64,000 nucleotides of DNA from Polyangiaceae bacterium (GTDB taxonomy: Bacteria > Myxococcota_A > Polyangia > Polyangiales > Polyangiaceae). The notes under the pieces are model-generated. The model was not told the origin of the DNA. It did not search any database and saw only the letters and a list, made by a program, of their open reading frames with translations. Position numbers and translations under genes: made by a program. Each line of letters opens with the position of its first letter. The first letter of the stretch is position 1. The DNA lies in contig JANRKO010000028.1 of the NCBI GenBank assembly GCA_033763455.1, forward strand, positions 64,001-128,000, given 5' to 3'. Of this stretch, positions 38,873-49,498 are shown piece after piece.

Positions 38873-40937
38873 CTCCGCCGCTTCACACATCGGTGAGGGA
38901 GGCGAGTTGCATCAGGTTTCTGATGAATTGCTCTTGACCACCAATCAAGGAATCCCAATCAGCGATGATCAGAATTCGCTGCGCGTGGGAGCACGCGGCC
39001 CGATCTTGCTGGAGGACTTCGTACTTCGCGAAAAGATTACGCACTTCGATCACGAACGTATTCCGGAGAGAATCGTGCACGCGCGTGGCTCCGGTGCGCA
39101 CGGGTACTTCGAAACCCTCACTTCCATGGCGCAGTATTCGAGCGCGGATTTTCTGCAGAGTGTCGGTACAAAAACGCCGGTCTTTGCGAGGTTTTCCACG
39201 GTTGCAGGGGGAGCCGGTTCGGTGGATCTGCCGCGTGATGTGCGCGGCTTCGCCGTGAAGTTCTATACGCGTGAGGGGAACTTTGATCTGGTTGGCAATA
39301 ACATTCCCGTTTTCTTCATCCAGGATGCCATGAAGTTCCCTGATCTTGTGCACTCGGTGAAAATGGAGCCAGATCGCGGGTTTCCGCAGGCTGCTTCCGC
39401 GCACGATACCTTTTGGGATTTCGTTTCTCTCACCCCGGAGAGCACCCACATGCTGATGTGGGCCATGTCAGACCGAACCTTGCCACGCTCCCTGCGCATG
39501 ATGGAGGGGTTCGGTGTGCACACCTTCCGATTGGTGAACAAGCTTGGAGAGTCCACGTTCGTTAAGTTTCATTGGCGCCCCAAGCTCGGAATGCAATCGG
39601 TGCTGTGGGATGAGGCGGTCAAGATCAACGGTGCCGACAACGACTACCACCGGCGCGATCTTTGGGATGCCATCGAATCAGGCAACTTTCCGGAGTGGGA
39701 GCTCTCCTTTCAGCTCTTTACCGAAGAGGAAGCCCTGAGCTTCGATTTCGACGTGCTGGACCCCACCAAGCTGATTCCGGAGGAGCTGGTACCTCGCACG
39801 CTTGTTGGCCGGCTCGTGCTCGACCGGAACCCAAGGAATTTCTTTGCGGAGACCGAACAGGTGGCGTTTTGCCCTGCCAATATCGTCCCCGGCATCGAAT
39901 TCAGCAACGATCCACTGCTCCAAGGGCGCCTCTTTTCGTACCTAGACACGCAGCTTCTACGGCTTGGCGGACCCAACTTTCACCAGCTTCCCATTAACGC
40001 CGCAAAATGCCCGATGCAGAATTTTCAGCGCGATGGGCACATGCAGATGCAGATCCCCGAAGGTCGCGTGAATTACGAGCCCAATTCATTAGCCCCAGAC
40101 GGTGCTCGAGAGGATCCGCGCGCCGGTTTTAGGACGTTCCCGAGAACCGAAAAAGGCGGAACCTTGCGCATGCGTCCCGAGGCCTTCGCCGACCATTACT
40201 CGCAGGCTCGGCTTTTTTGGAAGAGCCAGACGGAGGCGGAGCAAGGGCACATCGTGGCGGCCTATGTATTTGAGCTTAGCAAGGTGGAAACTCAAGCGAT
40301 TAGGGAACGCGTCATCGGGCACTTGGTGCACGTGGACACAGGGCTGGCAAAGCGAGTGTGTACAGGGTTGGGGATTTCAGAGCTTCCCCCTGCTGCAGAA
40401 GCTGTCTCCGCTCCGCAAGATTTGCCTCCGTCTGCTGCGCTCAGCATCATCAACAATGCAAAGGTGACGCTCACCGGTCGTGCCGTGGGCTGCCTTGTGA
40501 CGGACGGGGTTGACGCCCGTCTGCTGCAAACGCTGATCGATGTGGTGGAAGCTGAAGGCGCCGAAGTGAGGCTGATTGCAACCAAGATCGGTGGCGTTGT
40601 TCAAAGCAACGGTCAGCGTTTGTTGGCGGACGTTGCGCTAGCTGGGGGCCCCTCGGTCCTCTTTGATGCTGTAGCGATCCTGGTGAGTGAGGCGGGTGCG
40701 AGGGAGCTCTTGGAGGAGTCGGCGGCGGTTGCCTTTGTGTCGGACGCTTACCAGCATCTCAAAGTAATTGGACATAGTGCTGAGGCGGCTCCCTTATTGG
40801 TTGCTGCACGAGTTCCGCCCTCGGGTGACGCTGGCGTTGTGGCTCTAAACGAAGAACGGGATGTAGAGGCCTGGGCCACCTCCGCGAAAGCGGGCCGCAT
40901 TTGGAAACGCGAACCTCTAGTGAAAATTGTCCTCTGA
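38817..40937 (+). CDS. katE: Large-subunit monofunctional catalase HPII
   Basis: [22 protein letters not shown], heme ligand motif [10 protein letters not shown]-terminal DJ-1/flavodoxin-like domain. Confidence 0.96.
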   Translation: MPKKSPKSLTSRKRPSLTDSAASHIGEGGELHQVSDELLLTTNQGIPISDDQNSLRVGARGPILLEDFVLREKITHFDHERIPERIVHARGSGAHGYFETLTSMAQYSSADFLQSVGTKTPVFARFSTVAGGAGSVDLPRDVRGFAVKFYTREGNFDLVGNNIPVFFIQDAMKFPDLVHSVKMEPDRGFPQAASAHDTFWDFVSLTPESTHMLMWAMSDRTLPRSLRMMEGFGVHTFRLVNKLGESTFVKFHWRPKLGMQSVLWDEAVKINGADNDYHRRDLWDAIESGNFPEWELSFQLFTEEEALSFDFDVLDPTKLIPEELVPRTLVGRLVLDRNPRNFFAETEQVAFCPANIVPGIEFSNDPLLQGRLFSYLDTQLLRLGGPNFHQLPINAAKCPMQNFQRDGHMQMQIPEGRVNYEPNSLAPDGAREDPRAGFRTFPRTEKGGTLRMRPEAFADHYSQARLFWKSQTEAEQGHIVAAYVFELSKVETQAIRERVIGHLVHVDTGLAKRVCTGLGISELPPAAEAVSAPQDLPPSAALSIINNAKVTLTGRAVGCLVTDGVDARLLQTLIDVVEAEGAEVRLIATKIGGVVQSNGQRLLADVALAGGPSVLFDAVAILVSEAGARELLEESAAVAFVSDAYQHLKVIGHSAEAAPLLVAARVPPSGDAGVVALNEERDVEAWATSAKAGRIWKREPLVKIVL

Positions 40938-40958
40938 GTGGCTCCTAAGCAAGGGACG

Positions 40959-40974
40959 CGGCACAAGGGTTGCA
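40959..40974 (+). promoter_or_regulatory. sigma54 promoter-like motif
   Basis: CGGCACAAGGGTTGCA upstream of csbD, whose start has an SD (AAGGAG). Confidence 0.65.
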
Positions 40975-41040
40975 AGTCCAGATCCTCGACAGCTTGGCTG
41001 TCTCAACGTCCGACAATTCTGACAAAGGAGATCATGACCT

Positions 41041-41340
41041 ATGAACAATGCAAGCCGAAGGAGTGAAGGTGTGGCCGAAAAACTGGGCGGAAAAGTCAAA
41101 GGAGCCGTGGGAAAGCTGATAGGTAACGAACGGATGGAAGCCGAGGGAAAAGTGAAAGAACTCAAGGGAAAGGCGAGGGAGGAGGCTGCAAAAGCCTCTG
41201 AGCGCACCAAGGGCAAAGTTGAGCAAATCTCGGGTGCCGTAAAGAACCGCGTTGGCGCGGTGATCGACAACGAGCAAATGCAGGCCGAAGGCAAGGCCAG
41301 GGAGTTGAAGGGGCAGGCGCGGCAGAAGATTAACCGCTAG
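41041..41340 (+). CDS. csbD: CsbD family general stress protein (tandem domain)
   Basis: Two copies of G.VK..VG..I.NE.M.AEGK..EL.G.AR. Confidence 0.9.
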   Translation: MNNASRRSEGVAEKLGGKVKGAVGKLIGNERMEAEGKVKELKGKAREEAAKASERTKGKVEQISGAVKNRVGAVIDNEQMQAEGKARELKGQARQKINR

Positions 41341-41496
41341 GCTCCTTGGATCCGCTCCAGCATGAGTGCTGAACCCGTGGCGGCGGTGGAGTTATTGGGC
41401 TGCACCGCCGGCCACCGCCCAGGCAAGACAATTTGCCTAAGACCTGACCTTCCCAGGTTGTAGCGGGGGTTGGCCGAGTACCTGAGGACGTAGAAC

Positions 41497-42396
41497 ATGA
41501 GAGTCCTTTCATTGGTTCCAGGCTCGTGGGCATTTATTAAGCAGGTTGGCGAAGCCTGGCTCAACCACAATGCTTCGCGCATGGCCGCCGCGTTGGCGTA
41601 CTACACGCTGCTTTCGGTTGCTCCGTTGCTCGTGATTCTTGTATCCATCGCCGGGCTCGCCTTTGGGGCTGAGGCCGCTCGAGGTGGCGTCGCTCGCGAG
41701 ATTTCTTCGTTGGTCGGCCGCGAGGCTGCGGCAGGCATACAGGTTATCCTCGCCAATGCCGAGGCACCCGCTTCGGGGATCCTGAGCTCAGTCCTTGGCC
41801 TGGGCGTGCTGCTACTCGGGGCGTCCGGCGTGTTCGGTGAACTCCAAGCTGCACTCAACACAGTGTGGGAGGTGCCTGCGCAGAATTCCTCGGGCCTGAT
41901 GCAGATGATCAAGGATCGATTCCTTTCATTTGCGATGGTTCTAGGCGTTGCCTTCTTGCTCCTGGTATCGCTCGTGATTTCCACGGCAATTGGCGCGGTG
42001 GGGCACTTCCTGGAGAGCGCCTTGCCCGGCGGCGAGAGCATTTGGCAGGTCCTCAATTTCCTTCTCTCGCTGGGCGTCATCACTTGCCTGTTCGCGCTCA
42101 TCTTCAAGGTGTTGCCGGATGTTCGTGTGGCGTGGCGTGAGGTGTGGGTGGGTGCTCTGGTTACCGCTTTTCTGTTTAGTGTCGGCAAGTTCTTGATTGG
42201 GTTGTATCTTGGAAAATCAATGGTTTCGTCGCCGTACGGCGCCGCAGGTTCCACGGTGGTGTTCGTGGTGTGGGTCTACTATTCCGCGCAGATCATGTTG
42301 TTGGGCGCGGAATTCACACAGGTCTACGCGCGGCGCTTGGCGCTCGATCTTCCCGTGCAAGCTGAAAAGCTCGGCCGCGAGGCCAGCGAAGGGTGA
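41497..42396 (+). CDS. YihY/BrkB family membrane protein
   Basis: AAALAYYTLLS.APLL, LQ.ALN.VW, YGAAGS......WVYYSAQI.LLGAEF. Confidence 0.92.
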   Translation: MRVLSLVPGSWAFIKQVGEAWLNHNASRMAAALAYYTLLSVAPLLVILVSIAGLAFGAEAARGGVAREISSLVGREAAAGIQVILANAEAPASGILSSVLGLGVLLLGASGVFGELQAALNTVWEVPAQNSSGLMQMIKDRFLSFAMVLGVAFLLLVSLVISTAIGAVGHFLESALPGGESIWQVLNFLLSLGVITCLFALIFKVLPDVRVAWREVWVGALVTAFLFSVGKFLIGLYLGKSMVSSPYGAAGSTVVFVVWVYYSAQIMLLGAEFTQVYARRLALDLPVQAEKLGREASEG

Positions 42397-42464
42397 GGCT
42401 GCAGCGTGGCGAAGTGCCTCACTGTGCGATCAGAATAAGCCCATTGCAAAACAATTGAGCAGCA

Positions 42465-45400
42465 TTGCAATCGGTGGGTTCTGTCGTACAAGGGTCGAGT
42501 GAACAACCGTTGGGGCATGTGAAGGTGGCGTTCGAAAAACGGAGCTACGTAAGGCCATCCAGTTCCTCGGGCGTTTTGAGGGTTACGGATCGTGCGCGAG
42601 CTCTCGTTGCGCCCCGTCACGGCGTGTACTTCTACCAAGACTCTAACGAGCTTGTGGAGGTCGTTGCGAAGTTCGTCATAGTGTCACTTTCGGGCGGGGT
42701 GCCAGCCGTACTGATTGCCACGTCTGAGCATCTGGTGGGCGTGACACGGCACCTGGCACAAGCCGGCTACGACCCGAGTGAGCTCGAAGCTCGGCGCATG
42801 CTGACGCTCCTCAATGCGCGGGACACCTTAAAAAGCATCGCGGTGGATGGGAAGCCGCACGCGCAGCGTTTGACTGCACTTGTGGGTGGGGTCTTGGAAG
42901 AGGTTCGCAAGCATTCCCAACAACCATGTCTGTCGTTGTACGGGGAGATGGTGGATATCTTGTGGAGCGAGGGGCGTCGCGAAGCGGCGTTGCGCCTCGA
43001 AGATCTTTGGAATCGCCTCCAGGAAACATCGCGCTTGAACCTCCTTTGCGGCTACGCAACCTCCGCTGGTGAGCACGTCGGGGACGCACGCATTCGGTGC
43101 TTGCATGACCACCTCCTGCAATTGGCGCCGGGTGGCGAGGCGGGGCTGTTGCTAACGACCCCGAACGATTCGGAGAGTGACGTTTCGCTGAGAGGATCTC
43201 TTCGGGAGTTTTGGCTGAAGGAAGACGCTCTTCGAAGCAATGAAGTTCAATTGCAGTTTATTGTGAATGCTTTGCCCGTCTTGGTGTCTTACGTCGATGC
43301 CAATGAGCGCTTTCGGTTGGCCAATCACCGTTATGAAGAGTGGTTTGGTTTGGCGGGGCGCGGAACACCCGGCAAGCACTTGAAAGATGTCGTCGGCGGC
43401 GATGCTTACGAACAGATGCGCCCCCACGTTGAGCGCGCGTTGAGTGGGCAGATGGTGGTTCACGAGCAGACACTCCCGATCCCAACCGGTGGCCAGCGCT
43501 CGGCGGAAGCCACATATATTCCCCACCTTGGGGAAAATGGTGAAGTTCACGGCCTCGTCACCTTGGTCGCCGATATCTCCGAACGCAAAGCGCTTGAATC
43601 CGCGCGAGTTGCTGTTGCACTCAGGACTGAGCGCCTGATGAAAGTCGCTACCGCCTTGGCGGAAGCCATCACGCCGGATGAGGTCTACTCGGCCATCGTC
43701 TCACAAACGTCCTTCGTGCTGAACGCCTCTTCATCGGGCCTTTGGCTGTGCGACACTTCGGACCCCAACCTCATCCACCTGGTCCGGGGCTTTGGGTACA
43801 CTCCTTCCAGCGAAGCCGCCCTTTTGAGCCTCAGGCTTGACGCGAAAGACCGAACGCCGGTCTCGGATGCTCTAACGAACGGCGTGCCCGTTTGGATACC
43901 TTCTCAAGCGCACCTTCTTGAACTCTATCCGCATCTTTCAGGACTAGTTACAAAGGGACGCTCCTATGGTATCGCCGCTCTGCCCCTGGTGGCGCAGAGC
44001 GGGAAGCTGGGTGCGTTGGCGTTCACGTTCGACGGAACTCTCACGCTGGACGAAGAAGGGAAAACGTTGCTGCGCCTGGTGGCGCACTACTGCACTCAGG
44101 CGCTGGAACGCTTGCGGATGTTGGAAACGGAGCGCCAGGCCCGGGCTGAGGCTGCAGCTTCAGCATCGCGACTATCCCTGCTCAGCCGAGCTTCCAAAGT
44201 CTTCTTAGAGCCGAAGCCAGATCTTCAGGCCGTACTCGGGCACGTAGCAGCGGCCGTCACGGTAGAGCATGCAAGTGCTTGCGCCATCCATTTACTCTCC
44301 GAAAATGGGCGTGAGCTTGTGCTCCACGCCCTGCGCGAGCGCAGCGCTTTAGAGGATCACGGCGGGCCATCCGTATGGCTTTCGGATGCAGTGCGGATTG
44401 GAGAGGGGTTCATGGGATCGGGCGCTGCTTTCGGCGGAGCTTTGACGCGCGCGAGCTTGTTGGTGGTTCCGCTTCGCGTTCGCGGGGAGTTTTTGGGGAT
44501 ACTGAGTGCTAATCGCGCAGGGGAAGCGCCTGCCTTCTCGCTCCACGATCGGCATTTGATGGAGGAGCTAGCCGACCGCACGGCGCTCGCGATTGAGAGC
44601 AACCGTCTCTATTCGGAAAGCAAACAAGCTCAGCTGCGCGCCGAGCTACTCTACGAAATGGCAGGAGCCGTGATTCGTGCCGAGTGTGTGGAGGACGTCT
44701 ACGACGCAGCGCTCCACGCTATTGAAAGGGCGCTGGGCGCCCCACGCTCCGCGATCTTAGGATCTGATGAGCACGGAAAGATGCGGTTCAAGCGGTGGCG
44801 GGGCCTTTCGGACTCCTATCGCGCGGCCGTTGATGGTCACTCGCCGTGGGAAAAAGACGCGAGGGGCGCCCGACCCATTCTTGTGCCCAACGTGTTTGAG
44901 GACGCGAGCATGGCAAGTTACGCCCACGTTTTCGCGGCCGAGCACATCGGCGCATTGGCCTTCATTCCGCTCCAGGCACCGGTTCAGGCCGGGGGCAAGT
45001 TGATTGGAAAATTCATGGTCTATTACCCGGCACCACGGGTTCTCAGTACGGCTGAAATTGAAATGGCGCAGGCCATCGCCCACCACGTGGCTTCCGCCAT
45101 GACACGTTTTGCCGCGCTCGGTGAGTTGAAGAAGACCGTCCACTTCAACGAAATGTTCACGGGAATTCTTGGTCATGATCTCAGAAATCCACTCTCAGGA
45201 ATCATGTCCGCGGCACAGCTCATGGCTATTCGCGAGCAAGGGGAGCACATTCAAAAGCCCCTAAATCTTATCTTGTCCAGTGGCACGCGGATGGCTCGAA
45301 TGATCGATCAGCTGCTCGATTTCACGCGCGTTCGCCTGGAGGCTGGCATTCCGCTGAAATTGGCCGAATGCGACTTGCTAGGGATCTTGCGCCAGACGCT

Positions 45401-45818
45401 GGATGAGCTGCAGGGCGCGAGTTCGGCGCACCGCTTTGTAGTCGATAATTTGGCGCAAGAAACCACTGGGCGCTGGGACGCGGACCGCCTGTCTCAGGTG
45501 TTTTCAAATTTGCTCGCGAATGCCGCACGTCACGGCGCGCCGGGTCAACGCGTGCGCGTCGCCGTCCGTGAAATCGAGAGCGGTCTTCGTGTGGATGTGC
45601 ACAACCACGGCTCAATCCCCCCGGAGCTTCTACCGAGGATCTTTGAGCCCCTTGTTACCGTTGGAAGGGCTGGAGGGGAGGGCTTGGGCCTCGGTCTACA
45701 TATCGCCCAGGAAATCGTGAAGGCGCATCGTGGGCGAATTGAAGTGCGCTCAAGTTCCGAGGAAGGCACGACGTTCAGCGTTTACCTGCCGCGGGTGCTA
45801 CGATCGGATCTTGCGTAG
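42465..45818 (+). CDS. Cytoplasmic sensor histidine kinase (MEDS-PAS-GAFx3-HisKA-HATPase)
   Basis: MEDS motifs HGVYFY and YGEMVDILW; PAS N..YEEWFG; GHDLRNPL, NLLANA, GLGLGL; start uncertain. Confidence 0.88.
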   Translation: MQSVGSVVQGSSEQPLGHVKVAFEKRSYVRPSSSSGVLRVTDRARALVAPRHGVYFYQDSNELVEVVAKFVIVSLSGGVPAVLIATSEHLVGVTRHLAQAGYDPSELEARRMLTLLNARDTLKSIAVDGKPHAQRLTALVGGVLEEVRKHSQQPCLSLYGEMVDILWSEGRREAALRLEDLWNRLQETSRLNLLCGYATSAGEHVGDARIRCLHDHLLQLAPGGEAGLLLTTPNDSESDVSLRGSLREFWLKEDALRSNEVQLQFIVNALPVLVSYVDANERFRLANHRYEEWFGLAGRGTPGKHLKDVVGGDAYEQMRPHVERALSGQMVVHEQTLPIPTGGQRSAEATYIPHLGENGEVHGLVTLVADISERKALESARVAVALRTERLMKVATALAEAITPDEVYSAIVSQTSFVLNASSSGLWLCDTSDPNLIHLVRGFGYTPSSEAALLSLRLDAKDRTPVSDALTNGVPVWIPSQAHLLELYPHLSGLVTKGRSYGIAALPLVAQSGKLGALAFTFDGTLTLDEEGKTLLRLVAHYCTQALERLRMLETERQARAEAAASASRLSLLSRASKVFLEPKPDLQAVLGHVAAAVTVEHASACAIHLLSENGRELVLHALRERSALEDHGGPSVWLSDAVRIGEGFMGSGAAFGGALTRASLLVVPLRVRGEFLGILSANRAGEAPAFSLHDRHLMEELADRTALAIESNRLYSESKQAQLRAELLYEMAGAVIRAECVEDVYDAALHAIERALGAPRSAILGSDEHGKMRFKRWRGLSDSYRAAVDGHSPWEKDARGARPILVPNVFEDASMASYAHVFAAEHIGALAFIPLQAPVQAGGKLIGKFMVYYPAPRVLSTAEIEMAQAIAHHVASAMTRFAALGELKKTVHFNEMFTGILGHDLRNPLSGIMSAAQLMAIREQGEHIQKPLNLILSSGTRMARMIDQLLDFTRVRLEAGIPLKLAECDLLGILRQTLDELQGASSAHRFVVDNLAQETTGRWDADRLSQVFSNLLANAARHGAPGQRVRVAVREIESGLRVDVHNHGSIPPELLPRIFEPLVTVGRAGGEGLGLGLHIAQEIVKAHRGRIEVRSSSEEGTTFSVYLPRVLRSDLA

Positions 45819-45845
45819 CAACAAACCCAGCCGAAGATTCCTGAG

Positions 45846-46457
45846 TCAACCCCTGTCGGAGGGTAGGTCCCCTCGGTTTGGCGGCCCCTTTTCTACCAGA
45901 TGAGGGTTCATGGTGTAATCAAGCGCAGAGCTCACAGCCGTGGCCGGTACCGCCTGCTGAAGCGCGTCCGCAACGGGATCGATTCGGTCTCGCACGTTCG
46001 GCAGATCGCGACGCAGCTCTTCGAGCAGAGCAATGATCTTCCCTGTGCGCTGCTCAGCCAGCAAATTCACCTGCAATTCCAAGTGCGCATTGCGCTCCGC
46101 CTCCTTGCTCTGACGGTTCTGCGTTATCAGAACGATCGTGGTCATGATGGCCGCGTACAGAGTGACAATGCCTTGCAGGTAGAAGTATGGCGGGGAGTCG
46201 AAAGGACGAGCGCCCTTCAGCTCTAGCGAATGGTTGTAGATTGTCCAAATCAGGACGCCGGCTATGAGCGCGTACAGGGTACGTGGCTTGCCAAGGAAGC
46301 CTGTCACTGACTCCACTGCACGCTGGCCGCGCTGCACACGCCGCGCCGCCGCCTGGTGCAAGGCGTGCACCGCTTGGATATTATCGTACACGTGCTCGGG
46401 GACGGTATTGCCATCCGCTTTGGGCGCGGGCGAGCTTGGGTTAACCAGGGGTGTCAA
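45846..46457 (-). CDS. DUF1003 membrane protein
   Basis: PFDSPPYFYL....VLITQNRQ.....LEL.VNLLAEQ. Confidence 0.85.
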   Translation of the reverse strand: MTPLVNPSSPAPKADGNTVPEHVYDNIQAVHALHQAAARRVQRGQRAVESVTGFLGKPRTLYALIAGVLIWTIYNHSLELKGARPFDSPPYFYLQGIVTLYAAIMTTIVLITQNRQSKEAERNAHLELQVNLLAEQRTGKIIALLEELRRDLPNVRDRIDPVADALQQAVPATAVSSALDYTMNPHLVEKGPPNRGDLPSDRG

Positions 46458-46576
46458 AACAACTCCACCTCAGCGGAGCAAGTTCCGAGCCAGCGCTTTC
46501 GCAAGGTCCGTTATGTCCGGTAACCCCTCCACACCGGTAGCGTGTTGGGGGCGCCGGATCCCATTGGTCTGTACCT

Positions 46577-46592
46577 TGGCACGCGCCCTGCT
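46577..46592 (+). promoter_or_regulatory. sigma54 promoter-like motif, leaderless geometry
   Basis: TGGCACGCGCCCTGCT; ATG 46605 begins 14 nt after the -12 C. Confidence 0.65.
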
Positions 46593-46604
46593 TGAGAGAG
46601 CCTC

Positions 46605-48341
46605 ATGGCTCGAGCGATTTGGACCGGCAGTGTAGGGTTTGCGGCAGGCTTACCCGGTGAGGCATTCTTGCTGGATGGCGAGCTGGTGGCACTCAATGAA
46701 CGAGGGGTGAGTGACTTTCAGGTGCTTCAGCATTCACTGAAGGTTAAAAGCGATAGCGAGCTCTGCTATTTCGCCTTCGATCTATTGCACTTGAATGGAA
46801 CAAATACCCGCGGTTTCTCTCTCCTCCAACGCAAGGAGCTTCTAAGAGCTTTGCTCGCCAAGCGGGGTTCGAAAAACGCACCGCTCATCCGCTTGAGCGA
46901 CCACGTTACGGGAGGTGGGCCTGAGTTCTTCTTGAAGACCTGCGAAGAGAAGCTCGAAGGCATTATCAGCAAACGCGCGCTTAGCCCTTACCGCTCCGGC
47001 CGCGGTCGGGACTGGCTGAAAGTCAAATGCCTGATGCGCCAGGAGTTGGTGGTTGTTGGGTTCACCGAGCCTAAAGGTGGGCGCAGCCACCTGGGTGCAC
47101 TACTCCTTGGCGTGTGGAGGGGTGCGGAGCTTGTGTACGTGGGCCGCGTGGGAACGGGGTTCAGTGAGCGGACGCTCCTAGAGCTCCACAGCCGCCTCTC
47201 GCATCTCGTCATAGAAAAGTCTGCCGTGAAGCACCAACTGCCGCGAGCTCAATTGCGCGAAGTTAGCTGGGTTCAGCCGAAGCTTGTAGCCGAAGTGGGT
47301 TTTACGGGGTTTACGTCTGACGGCCTGCTTCGACACCCGACATTTGTCGGCCTCCGGGAAGACAAAGAGGCGGAAGAAGTTCATCTGGAAACAGCGGCTA
47401 CAAACGGCCCCAATTCCGCCGCAGGCCTGGGCGCCTCCCCGCCCAAACGGCCCGAGAAGGCGGCCGTCTCAAGCGATACGGGCTACGTCATCACCCATCC
47501 TGATAAGCTCCTTTATCACGACGCTAAGATTACCAAGCGCGAACTGCTGGATTACTACGGCCTTGTTGGAGAGCGCATGCTGCCACATCTGGCTCGGCGG
47601 CCTCTTACACTGGTGCGATGTCCCAACGGGCAAGGGCAACCGTGTTTCTTCCAGAAACACTTCGCCCAAGGCGCGCCACCCGGAGTTCACTCCATCTCGG
47701 GTAGCGATGGCAACGAGCCGTATCCCTTTGTCGAAAGTGAGGAAGGCCTGTTTGGGCTCGCGCAACTGGGAGCTCTAGAAATCCACACGTGGGGATCACG
47801 TGTGGATAATCTCGAACATCCAGACATCCTGGTTTTCGATTTGGATCCTGATCCGGAGCTCCCCTTCCAAGCGGTGATAGAAGCGGCGAAGGAATTGCGA
47901 GCCGTGTTCGCTACGGCCAAGCTCGAAAGCTTCGTGAAAACCACTGGCGGTAAAGGGCTACACGTGTGTCTACCTGTGGCGCCGAGCTTAGATTGGAAAG
48001 AAGCCAAGACCTTTTCGGGGGAGGTTGCCCACGCGCTTGTTGCTCAGTCACCCAAGCGTTACGTCGCGACCCAATCGAAATCCAAACGTACGGGCAAGAT
48101 ATTCATTGATTATCTGCGAAATGGGCGTGGCGCCACATTCGTCGCCCCATATTCTACGAGGGCGAGGCCAAACGCGCCTGTGGCTATGCCGCTTGAGTGG
48201 GAAGAGCTAACGCCCAAGCTGCGTGCCGATCAATTCACTCTGAGAAATGTGAGAGAGCGTCTTAAAGAAGCGGACCCGTTTGCACGTCTCTTTCAGTGTA
48301 AGCAGCAGTTGCCCGAAGTGAAGAGAGGTTCCCGAGCGTGA
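46605..48341 (+). CDS. ligD: LigD (truncated ligase + primase-polymerase domains) fused to the first 12 residues of Ku
   Basis: Begins MARAIWTGSVGF (Ku N-terminus); ligase motifs LDGELV, FAFDLL, EGIISK, WLKVK; Pol motifs FDLDPD, KTTGGKGLHV, DYLRNGRGAT; no KxDG motif I. Confidence 0.88.
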   Translation: MARAIWTGSVGFAAGLPGEAFLLDGELVALNERGVSDFQVLQHSLKVKSDSELCYFAFDLLHLNGTNTRGFSLLQRKELLRALLAKRGSKNAPLIRLSDHVTGGGPEFFLKTCEEKLEGIISKRALSPYRSGRGRDWLKVKCLMRQELVVVGFTEPKGGRSHLGALLLGVWRGAELVYVGRVGTGFSERTLLELHSRLSHLVIEKSAVKHQLPRAQLREVSWVQPKLVAEVGFTGFTSDGLLRHPTFVGLREDKEAEEVHLETAATNGPNSAAGLGASPPKRPEKAAVSSDTGYVITHPDKLLYHDAKITKRELLDYYGLVGERMLPHLARRPLTLVRCPNGQGQPCFFQKHFAQGAPPGVHSISGSDGNEPYPFVESEEGLFGLAQLGALEIHTWGSRVDNLEHPDILVFDLDPDPELPFQAVIEAAKELRAVFATAKLESFVKTTGGKGLHVCLPVAPSLDWKEAKTFSGEVAHALVAQSPKRYVATQSKSKRTGKIFIDYLRNGRGATFVAPYSTRARPNAPVAMPLEWEELTPKLRADQFTLRNVRERLKEADPFARLFQCKQQLPEVKRGSRA

Positions 48342-49498
48342 ACGTTGTCTTTCTCTCGCCTGGTTTCCCGCCCACTGCGGCGTCCTTCTGTGCTGCTCTA
48401 AAAGCGAAGGGCGTGAAGGTGCTTGGCATTGGGGACATGCCGCTCGCACCCGGTAGCCGAGAAGCGGCGGCTTTAGCGGACTATGTGTTGGAGCCCGACA
48501 TGGGCAACTATCAGATGCTCAAGGCTGCCGTCGAGCGCCTCTGCGAACGCCACGGCCCAATCGATCGCATCGAATCCGATGGTGAGCATTGGCTTGAGGC
48601 AGGATCCCGCCTGCGGGATGACTTTGACGTTCCAGGCATCCGCAGTGCTGAGCTCCGCCGCCAGCGGAGTAAGCTCGGTATGGCTGAAATATTTTCAAGC
48701 GCGGGCATCGCGACGCCGCCGGGCGTCCGGGCAGAATCACCCGAAGAGGTGCGTGATTTCGCAAGAAAATACGAATTCCCGCTCGTGTTTAAGCCAGATA
48801 CGGGTTCAGGCGCGGCGGATACCTTCAGCGTCGAGAACGGCAGGGAGCTGGAGCGGGCTTTGGCACAAGTGCGCGAAGGTTACGTGGTGCAGCCTTTTGT
48901 TCACGGTGACATCGTAACCTACGATGGCTTAGCCGATCGCGATGGGAACGTTGTCTTTTACACGTCGCACACCTACGACACGGGCATCATGCAGGTGCGG
49001 CTTGGGCAGCTGGACGGTTACTACTATTCCCTGCGCGAAGTTCCGGCTGCTCTGGAGCAAGTGGGCCGGGCCGCGGTGCGGGCATTCGGTGTCCGAGAGC
49101 GCTTTTTTCACGTGGAATTTTTCGCCCAGCCCAACGGTAGCTACGTGGCGCTCGAGATGAATTTGAGGCCGCCGGGTGGTTTTACCACAGACATGATGAA
49201 TGCCGCATGCGAGTTTGACGTGTATGCACTCTGGGCGGGCGTTTTGACGGGCGATGTCCACGGCGCCGTTGCGTACGAACGCAAGTTTCACACGGCTCAC
49301 GCTGGGCGGCGACGTGAGCGCAACTACCGAGTGAGCCACAGCACACTCGTTGAGACACTTGGCCCCATGTTGATTGCGTCTCGACCCATCCCCGCGGCAT
49401 TTGCCGTCACGATGGGAGATTGGATGTACCTCTTGCGAGATGCGGACCTTCCTGTACTAAAGCGCACCATCGCCTTGGTGCACGCCCTCGTCTCATGA
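48338..49498 (+). CDS. ATP-grasp domain protein
   Basis: MNVVFLSP.FP, FKPDTGSGA..T, FFHVEFF, LEMNLRPPGG; GTGA overlap with ligD. Confidence 0.85.
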   Translation: MNVVFLSPGFPPTAASFCAALKAKGVKVLGIGDMPLAPGSREAAALADYVLEPDMGNYQMLKAAVERLCERHGPIDRIESDGEHWLEAGSRLRDDFDVPGIRSAELRRQRSKLGMAEIFSSAGIATPPGVRAESPEEVRDFARKYEFPLVFKPDTGSGAADTFSVENGRELERALAQVREGYVVQPFVHGDIVTYDGLADRDGNVVFYTSHTYDTGIMQVRLGQLDGYYYSLREVPAALEQVGRAAVRAFGVRERFFHVEFFAQPNGSYVALEMNLRPPGGFTTDMMNAACEFDVYALWAGVLTGDVHGAVAYERKFHTAHAGRRRERNYRVSHSTLVETLGPMLIASRPIPAAFAVTMGDWMYLLRDADLPVLKRTIALVHALVS

